A DNA stretch of 64,000 nucleotides. Source: a virus. Within the stretch, counting starts at the first letter, position 1. Every line of letters begins with the position of its first letter. Positions 19,105 to 29,156 of this stretch are shown here, in pieces. The notes under the pieces are model-generated. The model saw only the letters and a list, made by a program, of their open reading frames with translations. It was not told the origin of the DNA and made no database searches. The stretch covers positions 1-64,000 of the IMG/VR virus record IMGVR_UViG_3300045391_003842. One strand, written 5' to 3'. The translations under genes and the position numbers were made by a program.

Positions 19105-20136
19105 TCACTGGCATTCGTTAGGGATCAGCTTTCGGTATTGAATGAAACCATTCATGTTGCCGTGCAAAGACGGCCGATGGAACATGACGGAGCCCATCTC
19201 GGCATCCGCGGCGATCAGGTCAAACCGGTCTGGCGTAAGCTGATGTTCTGCCGGGCTCGCGTGGATCGGCAGGAACTTCAGCAGCTTGTCGTGCAGTTCG
19301 ATATCCTCGGCCAGCGTGGACCGCTTGCCGGTGACGTTGGACAGGTAGCTTGTGCGAGCGCAGCGGGCCACGGATACTTTTCGCAAGCACTCATCGAACC
19401 ACGCTGCATCCATGTACCGTGTGTTTTCGATGAAGATAGTGGCGGCTGGCTGCCAATTTTTCGGTCGCGACGGAAGCAGATCCACATCCACGTCACGATC
19501 AATGAACGGCAGATGCCATTCTCCAGGCGCCAGATCCTGGATCGAAGCCGTGTCCGAAGCGGCGCGGACCATTTCAGCCAGCCGCCGGATCTCTGGCATC
19601 GCACCTGCGTCTTCCCGGAGCACCAGGAAGTTAGTCAGGTTGGTGGTGGTCATAACCACCGTGATCCAGCCGTGTACTTCGATGAGTCGGTTCGCAAGCT
19701 GCTTATGCGCGCCCAGGTGGTGCAGCTTCATGGCCGCGTCGATTGACGCCTTGCGATGATCGCGCCAGATCTGGATGGCCGTCTCACGCTCAAACGGCCC
19801 TAACTCTTCCGCCGCCGCCATGCCGCTCTGATTCTTGCCCCAGTACCAGGGCTCGTAGGGCCAATCAACGACGTCTTGCAGTAGCCTCGGCGTCGGTATG
19901 GCACGCGAGCTAGACGTGTTGCGCGACAGGTCGCTGTCATACATCAGGCCAAGCGGCAGATCGTATTCCCAGGCCGGCTGAGTGCCATGGATGCGATGCG
20001 TCATCATCTCGGCGTGGATGATGCGCGGGTACCGCAGCTTGAAAGTGTACGCGGTCGGCGCTTCTCCCTTACGCAGAAGCGTATCCGCAACCGTCTTGTG
20101 CCGGGTGGCCAGCACGACTTCAGCATGATAGCTCAT
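19105..20136 (-). CDS. thyX: FAD-dependent thymidylate synthase-like protein
   Basis: YPRIIHAEMMTHR...SRNTSSSRAIP, HKQLANRL.E, NF..LR, EI..LA, ARCARTSY, HASP.EH. Confidence 0.85.
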   Translation of the reverse strand: MSYHAEVVLATRHKTVADTLLRKGEAPTAYTFKLRYPRIIHAEMMTHRIHGTQPAWEYDLPLGLMYDSDLSRNTSSSRAIPTPRLLQDVVDWPYEPWYWGKNQSGMAAAEELGPFERETAIQIWRDHRKASIDAAMKLHHLGAHKQLANRLIEVHGWITVVMTTTNLTNFLVLREDAGAMPEIRRLAEMVRAASDTASIQDLAPGEWHLPFIDRDVDVDLLPSRPKNWQPAATIFIENTRYMDAAWFDECLRKVSVARCARTSYLSNVTGKRSTLAEDIELHDKLLKFLPIHASPAEHQLTPDRFDLIAADAEMGSVMFHRPSLHGNMNGFIQYRKLIPNECQ

Positions 20137-20447
20137 GCCTCTCCCTTTTGCTTCATGATGTCCCGAACGCGATTGACGATCGCGACCATGGAGTCGATAT
20201 CCTGTTGGTGGTCCTTCAGGATGTCCAACATAGTTGCCAGGAAGTCGCCGTCATCCGGTAGCAAGCGATCACCTTTCGGCAACTTGACCGGAACCGCGAT
20301 CTGAGCGTTTGCCCATCGGATCATGGTCCGCGAACTGATGTTCAGCCGCGGAGCCATTTCCTTTTGCCAGCCGGAACCAAAGACGACTCGGCCGACGCGC
20401 TTCAGCAATTCGAGTCTGGCTTGTTCCGGCGTGATGTCGCCGGACAT
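20133..20447 (-). CDS. Helix-turn-helix protein
   Basis: G...FG..WQ.EMA..LNISSRTM.RW HTH-like pattern. Confidence 0.65.
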   Translation of the reverse strand: MSGDITPEQARLELLKRVGRVVFGSGWQKEMAPRLNISSRTMIRWANAQIAVPVKLPKGDRLLPDDGDFLATMLDILKDHQQDIDSMVAIVNRVRDIMKQKGEA

Positions 20448-20448
20448 A

Positions 20449-20856
20449 TCAGACCCCCGCTTTCTTCCGGCCGTTGGCGGCCCGCTTGCGGACCGGGATG
20501 CGGGCGGCCTTCTGCGGCGCACCGATAGCAGCCCGTTTGGTCGTTGCGGCCTTCACCGCCGCGGTCGGGCGCTTGGACGGCGCGGCCACCGGCAACCGAT
20601 AGCCGTGGCGCGTCGCCTTGACGTCGGCGGCCTTTAGCGCGGCCTTGAATAGCGTCACCAGAACGTCACCCAGGAGCATGTCCACAATGCCTATGGATCT
20701 GGCATCGTCTCCCTTTTGCGGCTCCATGATCTGGATGCGCTGGCCGACGTCCGTCGTGATGTCCTTGAACTCCAGGCGGTTCGGATGCGCCTTGATGTAT
20801 TTGACAACCTTGGCCAGAACTTTCGGATCCACAGTGGGTAGCATGGCGGGCTTCAT
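20449..20856 (-). CDS. Hypothetical protein with basic Ala/Lys/Arg-rich C-terminal tail
   Basis: Histone-like tail; AAGGA RBS; palindromic site upstream at 20885-20902. Confidence 0.65.
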   Translation of the reverse strand: MKPAMLPTVDPKVLAKVVKYIKAHPNRLEFKDITTDVGQRIQIMEPQKGDDARSIGIVDMLLGDVLVTLFKAALKAADVKATRHGYRLPVAAPSKRPTAAVKAATTKRAAIGAPQKAARIPVRKRAANGRKKAGV

Positions 20857-20918
20857 AGATATTCCTTGCGTGAGGAAAGTGTAATGTCAGTTTTGTATGC
20901 CACCAATATGACGGGCCG

Positions 20919-21506
20919 TCAAACGATAGGTGGCACTGTCGCGGTCGGAGGGATCATCAACTCTTGAAGGGCTCGGGTATAGTACATCGTGCGATCGGCA
21001 AGCCCATTCAATCCACCATTGATGATCTTGGTTATGGCCTGAATGTCTTTTCTATCCGCCAGATCGTTCAGTTTGTGCTGAGTCCAAAACTCAATCGCAA
21101 TAGCAACGGCGTTCTCGGGCTCTGCGGCAGACTCCGGGTTGTTCACCAGATCCAAGCCAAGAAGCTTTCCGTATGCAATGTAATTAGCACGGCCGGTTAT
21201 CTGAATCAGGCCGCGGCCTTTGAACAGCGGCCCGTCGCCTGCCCGGATGTTCCCCAGGTCTTTTCGGCCTTCGTATGCCTCGCCTGACGCCATCTCCGTG
21301 AAGGTGGAAAAGCCCATCGTCTCTTCGCAGGTTTGGCCCAGGAACATCGCGGCGCGGAACCCGGTGTTGATGCGGGCCGCGTCCATCTTGACCGTCAGCA
21401 GTGGCGCGATGGCGTTGATGTTGCCGTACTGCGCGACGTGCAGTTCGCGATTGGTGATGTATTGCGGCGCCACCTTACGCAGCAGGTCGGGCGTGATGGT
21501 GATCAT
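20919..21506 (-). CDS. Glycoside hydrolase family 19 endolysin
   Basis: A.FLGQ..EET.GF...E, YEGRKDLGN...GDG..FKGRGLIQITGR.NY, T..INGG.NGL.DR. Confidence 0.92.
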   Translation of the reverse strand: MITITPDLLRKVAPQYITNRELHVAQYGNINAIAPLLTVKMDAARINTGFRAAMFLGQTCEETMGFSTFTEMASGEAYEGRKDLGNIRAGDGPLFKGRGLIQITGRANYIAYGKLLGLDLVNNPESAAEPENAVAIAIEFWTQHKLNDLADRKDIQAITKIINGGLNGLADRTMYYTRALQELMIPPTATVPPIV

Positions 21507-21700
21507 GACTGCTTGACTCCAACCCGGACGGCGCCGGGAAGTTTGCCGCTGCCGGCATGTTTCGTACAGGCCTCGTAGTTGTGACCTTGGCCACCGCAAT
21601 AGGTGCAGCGTAGCGCGTTCAGTCTACCTTGGCCGCTCCAGGTGCGCGGACAGTGGCTTGTCGGATGGTAGGCAGAACCACAGTACGTGCAATGGCTCAT
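21503..21700 (-). CDS. Double CCHC zinc-knuckle protein
   Basis: CTYCGSAYHPTSHC and CTYCGGQGHNYEAC. Confidence 0.75.
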   Translation of the reverse strand: MSHCTYCGSAYHPTSHCPRTWSGQGRLNALRCTYCGGQGHNYEACTKHAGSGKLPGAVRVGVKQS

Positions 21701-21985
21701 GGCTTTCGTTCCAGACAGAACGGGCCAAGCACGTGAGCTTCAAGATCCGTCATCAGGCAATGGATACATTGAAGATTGCCATGTCCAAGATTCGAGACGC
21801 CCCACACGTGCTTGGACCGCAGGGTGCTGGCGTCCAGGGCCTTGCGTTCGCCGGCCTCTTTGAACGCCTCGAAACTGATGATCTCGGCCACTGATCAGTC
21901 TCCCTTGTCGGCGTCATCACCGACGATCTTCATCAGGCTGTCCGCGGCCTGCCTGAACGCGGTCGCCGTCTCTAAAATAACAGCC

Positions 21986-22420
21986 TTACTTAGCCCGCGG
22001 CGAGACGCCAGGATCAGCGACAGACGGCCGCACGCGCGGGCCGCCCGGTCGTGGGCCATCTCCAGAGCGAACCGCGTAAGGCCAGGGTCTGCCAATGTCA
22101 GGGTGCTCCAGAGCGATCACACGCCGGTACCACGCGAGTCTCTCGTCGCGAGACGCATTGGAAAGATAGCACAGCAGGTCGCCGTGACAATCGAGAGGAT
22201 GGCAGAAACAGCCAACATCGTTGCCGCGCAGTTCGTCCAGGTTGCCCAGCAGGGCCGGCGTGCGCGCCAGATACCATTCGTACTGGTTCAGCACGCGCAA
22301 GCGGTCCGCTGGCAGCGGCAGCCGCATCACGTAGGGGTTGCCCCATTTCGTGCCGCGGTGCACGTCCACCAGACGAGTCGTCCGCGGCGTGGTGTGGAGA
22401 TTGATTACGATCGGCATCAC
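21986..22420 (-). CDS. DUF4326-family protein
   Basis: RGTKWGNPY, Y...L, L.EL.G...GCFC.P..CHGD.L. Confidence 0.85.
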   Translation of the reverse strand: MMPIVINLHTTPRTTRLVDVHRGTKWGNPYVMRLPLPADRLRVLNQYEWYLARTPALLGNLDELRGNDVGCFCHPLDCHGDLLCYLSNASRDERLAWYRRVIALEHPDIGRPWPYAVRSGDGPRPGGPRVRPSVADPGVSPRAK

Positions 22421-23434
22421 CGGTCCTTCAAGCGGATCTTGTGGAACTCAGCGCCGCAGGTGCACGGGCCTTCGGGCAGCATTGTTTTGCTCCAATCGTT
22501 CGATGGGCAGGCTGGTGCGTGGTGCCAGGGCGTATATTCGACTAAACCATTCTGAAGTGCGACCGCGATAAGTTCGTCTCGAGTCGGAGGTTGCGTACGC
22601 TCAAACAGGCGCGGCTTTGGACGTTCGTGCGGCAGGTGGTTGAGCGCAATGCCTATCAAGTATCGCGCGATGAGACGTTGCCGCTTATACTCAGGATCGA
22701 AGTCAATGTCTTCCGGAATGGCGACGCGCATCACACGATAGCCGCAATGACGACAGTCACCCTGGGATCGTCCACCACGGTGGCGTCTACGCTGTTTTGC
22801 GCCAGTATGCGGCGAAGTTTCTTCACCGCTTCTTCTGACGCCTGCGCCATGATCTGGTCAACCGTGATATCCGATCCCCACATGCTGCCGGCGCCAATCT
22901 CGACGGTGACAGACACGCGGGCTCTTGCAGTTAGAGGCATGGCGAATCCTTATGGCAGTGGCGGCAGGGTGCCCGTGTATTCAAACACGCACGTGGCCAT
23001 TACGAAACAACCGCACATGACCAGGATGAGTGTCGAAAGCACGAACAGAATCAGGTAGCGCACGATCAGCGCTGCGTGGTCAACGAGTCCGGAACACCCT
23101 TCCTCCAGGTAAGCGCCGACCGAGATGAACCCGGACACGATGACGGCCATGGCGATGATGACTCGGAGCGTGAAAATGTAGTCCATGTCAATGTCTCCAG
23201 ACGAACCCGCGTTTTTCTTGCGGGTTATGCCATCCTTGCGCGCAGTTCTCGATTTCTTCTGCAACCACTTCCGACTTGCCGTTGCGGCCGAAATCGATAC
23301 GGCACACATGATAAGGTCTGCCACTGCCGTATATGGGGCGGTACTCGACACTGAGCACGCGTCCCCATACCCGGTCAATTTCCTCCACGGCCATGCAGCC
23401 ATCCGTCAGGACTGACAAGACGCGTGAGCCGACT

Positions 23435-23698
23435 TCAACGGGTGGAAATGTCATTTCGTTCCGTTTTCCCTATGTCCGCAGGTTTTGCCGGAAGCGCGGA
23501 GTCCTTCTCCGGATACTTCTCTCCGCACCACGGGCAAAAACTGGCGAATATGGCACGGTGTTTGCCGCGTCGGTTCTCCGAAATCCATTTGTCCACGCGC
23601 ACCAGGGTTATCATGGGGCGGTTGCTCAGCAAGTCAATGTTGAGCATCTGCCCGTTGGGCTTCAGATCCTCGTTGATAGTGTTGACGCACTCGCACAT
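23435..23698 (-). CDS. Small Cys-rich phage protein
   Basis: MC.C...IN..L ... FCPWCGEKY. Confidence 0.6.
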   Translation of the reverse strand: MCECVNTINEDLKPNGQMLNIDLLSNRPMITLVRVDKWISENRRGKHRAIFASFCPWCGEKYPEKDSALPAKPADIGKTERNDISTR

Positions 23699-23707
23699 GA
23701 CATCCTC

Positions 23708-24634
23708 TCAATCAAAGTCGCCGCGCTCCAGGGCTTCCGCGACAGAATCCCAGTTCGCCTTTAGTTGATCCATCAGGCCGCGCTGCCTGTTTTCCTCGGC
23801 AACCGCCGCGTCCCATAGAACTTCATGTCGGTATTTCAGCACCGCGTCGCGGATCAAACCGGCAATGATTGGCGGGTCAAGCGCGTCTAGCTCCCAGCTT
23901 TCATCACCGAATTTGTCGATATAGTCGGTGGATCGGCTGTCTGTCAGCTTGGCCGGGTTAGGCGGCGGATTGTGCTCTTGCACCTGATCCATGTTCAGCG
24001 CCAAGCGCTCCACCACGATGGACTGGCCCGTGTGGTGCTCCACGAACATGCACAGACGATCACGGTTGTCGCGCGTCATATCGACGCCGCTCGGGTCATG
24101 GTCGCCCAGGTGCAGGAGCACAGGCGTCACACCGCGCCTGATGTGCCTGATAAACCGCTGGCCGGCGCTCCATTGTTCGCTCTGGCTACTGTAGCCACGG
24201 CAGGCGAAATACGGAATATCCAGTTCCCTACAGATAGGTTCGATAACGCCGGTCAACGCGTCCTTTTCGATCCACACCTCAATGCGGTGGGTCTGGCCAT
24301 TCCATTTGTCGGTGCGGTATTGCTCGGCCGCCGCTTCGATCAACTCTTCCGGCGAGTCCCAGTGCGGCTGATCCTGCAAATTGCGCGTGCGGTCTTCGAT
24401 CGCGTTCCAATCGATCTTGCCGGCAAGTCGGGCATCGTTGATGACGGAGCCCAGGCGCTTGTACTCGGTCTGCTTGTTCGGAATGATGCCACGCGCCACG
24501 AACTGATAGTAAAGCTGGCGCAGCGTCAGGGAGAAGCCTTGCGCGCTATATTCCGCGATGATGGCGTTGGCCCGATCGATTAGCTCCGCGCTGGAGCCGC
24601 TAAACCGTCTCGGAATATAGACGATGCAAGGCAC
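23708..24634 (-). CDS. TOPRIM-domain protein resembling topoisomerase VI-A/Spo11
   Basis: TLRQLYYQ winged helix, IEVWIEKDAL, RGY.S, GDHDPSG.DM, SWELDAL; GTG start after AGGAGA. Confidence 0.8.
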   Translation of the reverse strand: MPCIVYIPRRFSGSSAELIDRANAIIAEYSAQGFSLTLRQLYYQFVARGIIPNKQTEYKRLGSVINDARLAGKIDWNAIEDRTRNLQDQPHWDSPEELIEAAAEQYRTDKWNGQTHRIEVWIEKDALTGVIEPICRELDIPYFACRGYSSQSEQWSAGQRFIRHIRRGVTPVLLHLGDHDPSGVDMTRDNRDRLCMFVEHHTGQSIVVERLALNMDQVQEHNPPPNPAKLTDSRSTDYIDKFGDESWELDALDPPIIAGLIRDAVLKYRHEVLWDAAVAEENRQRGLMDQLKANWDSVAEALERGDFD

Positions 24635-24644
24635 GCGTGTTCTC

Positions 24645-25076
24645 CTACTTCGGCGCCGCAGCGGTGCGGCCGGACTCCAAAAACTCAGGCAACATGGATT
24701 GAGTCGGCACGTAGACAACCGTTTTGTCGGTGTGCTCGCCCATGTTCTGGAGCCAGAGATACCGAAGGTACGCCTCGCCGCCCGGCCCGGCCAGCCCATC
24801 CGCGATGATTTTGTTGGCCGCGGCAAGCCCTTTCGCGCGGGTGATCTCCGACTGCGCGTCGAACTCGGCTGCTTCCTGCTTGGCCTTCGCCTGCGCCACC
24901 AGGATCTGGCGGTTCTGATCGGCCTGCGCCAGTTCTGCCTTACCGGCCATCTCGGCGGAGTAGACGTTGTATTTCGGGCAGCCGTAGAAACCGCCGCCGA
25001 CCAGCAACGCGAAGGTCAGACCGATGCCGAATATCGCACTGCCTGAGATGAGAGGGGGATCTGAATCTTTGGACAT
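24645..25076 (-). CDS. Membrane-anchored coiled-coil protein (truncated SPFH/band-7-like)
   Basis: N-terminal TM helix, P.Y.VY...M.G.AELA.A, A.G.A.AN.II, YLRYLW, VYVPT. Confidence 0.65.
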   Translation of the reverse strand: MSKDSDPPLISGSAIFGIGLTFALLVGGGFYGCPKYNVYSAEMAGKAELAQADQNRQILVAQAKAKQEAAEFDAQSEITRAKGLAAANKIIADGLAGPGGEAYLRYLWLQNMGEHTDKTVVYVPTQSMLPEFLESGRTAAAPK

Positions 25077-25147
25077 TGGCTCACTCTGGGTTGAAGAAAC
25101 GGGAAAGTCCCGACGCACGCGGCGCCGGGACTTGTTCAGCCGGGCCA

Positions 25148-26053
25148 CTAGGCGTGGCAGGCGGGGTGCGACGCTCGCTCAGACGGAGAGGCCGTATAGC
25201 ACCACTCCGGAACCGCCTTCGGCGCGTTCGAGGTTGCGACCACCGGAGCCGGGCTCGGCGTGGGTACCGGTGCCACGGCGGCTACCGGAGCGACGACAAC
25301 CGGCACATCCTGCGGGCACGGCGTGCCGATGTCCTTGAAGGCCTGTCGGATATCGCTGTCGGCCCGGCACAGATACGCCACCGCGGCGGCGTCCTTGCCC
25401 AGCATGTGCAGGCGACAGGCGTTATCGAAGCCCTGATGCCCGAATGACAGGCCGAACCATGTGGTCTGCGTGCCGCCCGACGTGGACGAGCCGGCACACG
25501 GGTTGAAGCTGGCAATGCTCGGCGCGTACGCCGTCGCCACCGGGAGCGGCGGAAGGCCATGACCACCACCGTTGCCGCCGGACGGATCAGACGGCGGGTC
25601 CGCGGCCTGCGTATTGGCGCCGTTGGAGTTGCCGGAAGCACCCGATGGGTCACCGGAGCCGCCCGACGTGGTGTACAGGTTCACCGTGGCGCTACCGCCC
25701 TTGCCGCCTCGGCCGCCGGTCGCGCTGGAGTTGCCACCCGTAGCCTTGGCGTTGCCGCCGGTCGCGTTGGAATTGGAGCGGCTGTTACCGCCCTGCCCGA
25801 TGCCGACACCCACGCCGACGCTGGAGGACCGCGAATTGGAGCGCGACGACGAATCAGCCCAGTTGTTGTTCTGGTTGAAGTTGTGGGAACTTTGGCTCTG
25901 CGACTGGTTGCCGCCGTAACCGTTGCCGCCCTCACCCGTGCCGCCGTAGCCGGTGCCGCCATGGGCCGGGTAACCGCTGTTCGCGTACGCGGGTGCCGCA
26001 AGAAGCGCCAAGCCGGCGCCGATGATCAGAAGCTTTCGCATGGTATGGTTCAC
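25148..26053 (-). CDS. Secreted Gly/Ser/Asn-rich protein with Cys-containing C-terminus
   Basis: Signal peptide MRKLLIIGAGLALLAAPAYA, ATGGN repeats, six Cys in C-terminal part. Confidence 0.7.
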   Translation of the reverse strand: MNHTMRKLLIIGAGLALLAAPAYANSGYPAHGGTGYGGTGEGGNGYGGNQSQSQSSHNFNQNNNWADSSSRSNSRSSSVGVGVGIGQGGNSRSNSNATGGNAKATGGNSSATGGRGGKGGSATVNLYTTSGGSGDPSGASGNSNGANTQAADPPSDPSGGNGGGHGLPPLPVATAYAPSIASFNPCAGSSTSGGTQTTWFGLSFGHQGFDNACRLHMLGKDAAAVAYLCRADSDIRQAFKDIGTPCPQDVPVVVAPVAAVAPVPTPSPAPVVATSNAPKAVPEWCYTASPSERASHPACHA

Positions 26054-26352
26054 TCAGGTTGGAAGGTTGAAGATGGTTCAGTGTCTACTTACGGAGCGCA
26101 CCCGTGTCTTTCGCTCTTTTAGTCCCTCATGCCGTCTTTCTTAACTGGCATATTAAGGTGACACTAAACCACCGTCAATAGAATTATTCGGGTTACAACC
26201 CGATATTTTCGAGAAGCCGCGCCGACATCGCCTTGATGAAGTCTTCGCGCGACAGATTGAGATCGGACGGCTGGATGAAGTCAGCCAGATCCGACAAACG
26301 GCGGAACATCGCCACATTCATGGCGAAGCTGTCCAGGGCCTTGGGGGCGGTG

Positions 26353-27036
26353 TCAGCAGGGATGGGCTTGTCCTGGGCCACGGTAGGTTCCTTCGGTTAG
26401 AGGGGTGCCCGGCTGGATCTCATATCCAGTCAAGCGTTTGAGTATGTCCAGACGCTGGAGTATTTCATCCGGCGTGAACCTGTCATAGCACCCGGTCAGA
26501 TCGGGTGGTTCTCTATTCTGGGTGAACGTGGAAGTCGGCTGATCCAGCGGAACTGCATCGGCGCTCTGGTACAACAGAATCGCCGTTTCGTTGTCCCGCA
26601 CCTGGATCGTGTGGATGTCGTCATGACGCAGAAAATACACGTCATCTTTGTCGTAACGAAGATCAGAGATCCGCTCGAGTCGGCGTTCCTCGGTCCAGGT
26701 GAACCCGGCGCCGCCCAGCAATGGCGTGCGCCACTCAAACATCTGGTACGTGGTCTGGCGCGGCGTGTGAGCCTCGTTTCGCCAGCATAGGCGATAGTTC
26801 CGGTTCCACACACTGCCCGACAAACAGCGCGTCTTGAACGGGTACCGATGGTCATGCGGGCTCACCACTTCCGGCACGCGGCTGACGTCGCCGCTGAACA
26901 GGTACAGCTTTATGGTCAGCGCGTCACTGCGGTAAAGGCAGAGATAATCAAGACCTTTCGTGTGAAGGTTCTTGTAGCTGTTCTGAAGCATGTCCTCCAT
27001 GGTGAGAGGACGCGCCAGCGGTATCAATCTGTTCAT
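26353..27036 (-). CDS. Cupin-fold putative metal-dependent enzyme
   Basis: PHDH..PF....L.G motif 1 and IHTI motif 2. Confidence 0.55.
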   Translation of the reverse strand: MNRLIPLARPLTMEDMLQNSYKNLHTKGLDYLCLYRSDALTIKLYLFSGDVSRVPEVVSPHDHRYPFKTRCLSGSVWNRNYRLCWRNEAHTPRQTTYQMFEWRTPLLGGAGFTWTEERRLERISDLRYDKDDVYFLRHDDIHTIQVRDNETAILLYQSADAVPLDQPTSTFTQNREPPDLTGCYDRFTPDEILQRLDILKRLTGYEIQPGTPLTEGTYRGPGQAHPC

Positions 27037-28047
27037 GGTGGGGTCCTAGCTCTGACTTGCGATCTTGGCGTCTAGCTCAATGAGCTTATCCGCGAATTCG
27101 ATCTCACGCGCGAGTCGCAGCACGATCCACGCGTCACGTTCGGTGCGGAATAGCTGCTTGTCGGCGTTCTGCGAAGCACTGCCACGGCCGCTACTGTACG
27201 CCTCGTAGGCCTCCCGGCCGCCGGTACCGTGCACGCTGGCGGTGCTCCAACCCCTGACGACTCGGTCGCCCATGATGGTCCAGCCGAACTGGATTTGACC
27301 CGATTCGGTCTGGGTTAATCTGGCGACGTCGATCGGCGTCGGCGGCTCCAGGCCGCACATCCGCAGGGACTCCAGGCGCCGGCACCGTAGCTCCAGCGCC
27401 GCTTGCTCAGCCTTCTCCGCCTTTGTCATCGCCATCGGACGAGTCCTTTCCTCCACGGCGCATGACTTCGCGCGTCAGACACTGGATCTGGCTCAGCGCG
27501 GTCCAAGGCCGTTCTTTGCTGTTGTAGCCTTCGTAGGTGCCCTCGGTGATCAAGATCACCCGTTTAACCGTAGCCTCAAGATCAGCGACACGCTCACGAA
27601 GCCGGCGAGCGCTATGCGCCGCACGCCTCGCGTACGTATTCCCGTATGACATTGTTTCTCTTTCAAAAAGGGATTTCGTCATCCGGGTTCTTGGCGGGCG
27701 CCACGGCCGGCGTCGGCAGTTCGATCGTCACCGGCTTGCCGTAGCCTGCCAGATCCACGCCAGCGATGACGCATTGCGGCTGGAACGTCTCCGCAACCAG
27801 GGGCTTGCCCTGCGGGCGGCTCATCAGCGTATCCAGCGCGGGCTTGCCCAGGACGGTCATGGTGCTGTCAGCCAACACAGCGATGCTGTACGGCTTGCCG
27901 AAGGTGTTGGCCATCGCCTGCGCACGCTGGCGCATGATGTCCAGTTCTGTCGCAGACGCTGAGACAGGGGTGTTGGTTTGCTTCATCGGTATGACCCTTC
28001 GTCGTTATTGGTTGATGGCACTTATATGTGCCATATCGGAGGGAGAG

Positions 28048-29100
28048 TCAAGCGAAAGGAATTACAATATTTCTGACGGGCTCCGTGTCAGGCATCGCAC
28101 GATTCGCGTTGGCGTATATAACTTCTTTTGCCTTTCGTATGAAATGATCGTGTCCTCTATCTCTGGCATTTTGAAGATGCGCGCCGGTCGTTAACACAGC
28201 GGAAGCTAGAGTGTCATACACTGCTTTTATGACGGCGGCGTTTATCGCCTCGCCTATAGCTTCCCGATCTCCGCACACGTCATGAATTATAGACTCCGCT
28301 ATACCCTTCATAATAGCAGAATGGTTAGTTGCCGCTGCGGTTTTTACCCTAAGTTCTTCAGCTTTGTATTCGTTTTCAATTTGTTTCGTTATATTAGATA
28401 TCTTCTCGTTTATATGTTTACGTCTATTTTTGAATTTCTTAGTAAGTTTAATTAATTCCTCTTTCCTGCGCTGGAGTGTTTTTAACTCGTCGGCAAATTC
28501 ATACTCCGCACTGAATGACGCGTCAGTGGCCTTAAATAGTCTTACTATTACGTGGTCAACAATTCTGTTATTCTTTATATCTTCTCGTTTTTGAGAAGCC
28601 AAAACGGGCAGGGGAGTCATGCGGTCTCTAATATGTTTATTTACTTGTCTAAATAGATCCAATTTTTTTATATTAATCTCAATGTTTCTTTCTAATGTAG
28701 TTAATTCTTTTTTATAGCTGCTTACCCTTAGCTCATCAGCTATACTAGCATAGTAGTCTGAACCTGCATCTATGACGTGTATTGAGCATGATTCAATGTC
28801 GTCTGGCCTCTTAACTTTAATAACAGCTTTGTTATACTCTGGAGAAAATTTAGATATAAAATAATACTCTACATAATTCAAAATAGCTTTCTCACACTCT
28901 ATGAATGTGTAAGAATCAAAATATTTGTCACGACCTCTCATATGTTCTTTAATTCTATGCATAATGTTGGTTGACTGGCCGACGTACACTACAGATGCGC
29001 TTCTTACTAAAAAATATATGCCACATATTTCTAGTTTAGCTGGTATGGCAGCACGCATTACTATGGATGCTGCATCTATATCTTCTAATTTAATTTTCAT
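28048..29100 (-). CDS. GIY-YIG domain protein with coiled coil, strongly AT-rich
   Basis: CGIYFL.....VYVGQSTNI..RI..H and E...I....P.YN; base composition sharply different from flanks. Confidence 0.8.
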   Translation of the reverse strand: MKIKLEDIDAASIVMRAAIPAKLEICGIYFLVRSASVVYVGQSTNIMHRIKEHMRGRDKYFDSYTFIECEKAILNYVEYYFISKFSPEYNKAVIKVKRPDDIESCSIHVIDAGSDYYASIADELRVSSYKKELTTLERNIEINIKKLDLFRQVNKHIRDRMTPLPVLASQKREDIKNNRIVDHVIVRLFKATDASFSAEYEFADELKTLQRRKEELIKLTKKFKNRRKHINEKISNITKQIENEYKAEELRVKTAAATNHSAIMKGIAESIIHDVCGDREAIGEAINAAVIKAVYDTLASAVLTTGAHLQNARDRGHDHFIRKAKEVIYANANRAMPDTEPVRNIVIPFA

Positions 29101-29116
29101 GCGCTACATCCACAGC

Positions 29117-29144
29117 CAAAAGACCTTGCATTTCTGCAAGGTCT
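29117..29144 (-). terminator. Probable intrinsic terminator
   Basis: AGACCTTGCA-4nt-TGCAAGGTCT 10-bp stem followed by a short T run on the minus strand. Confidence 0.6.
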
Positions 29145-29156
29145 CATCCGACTCCC

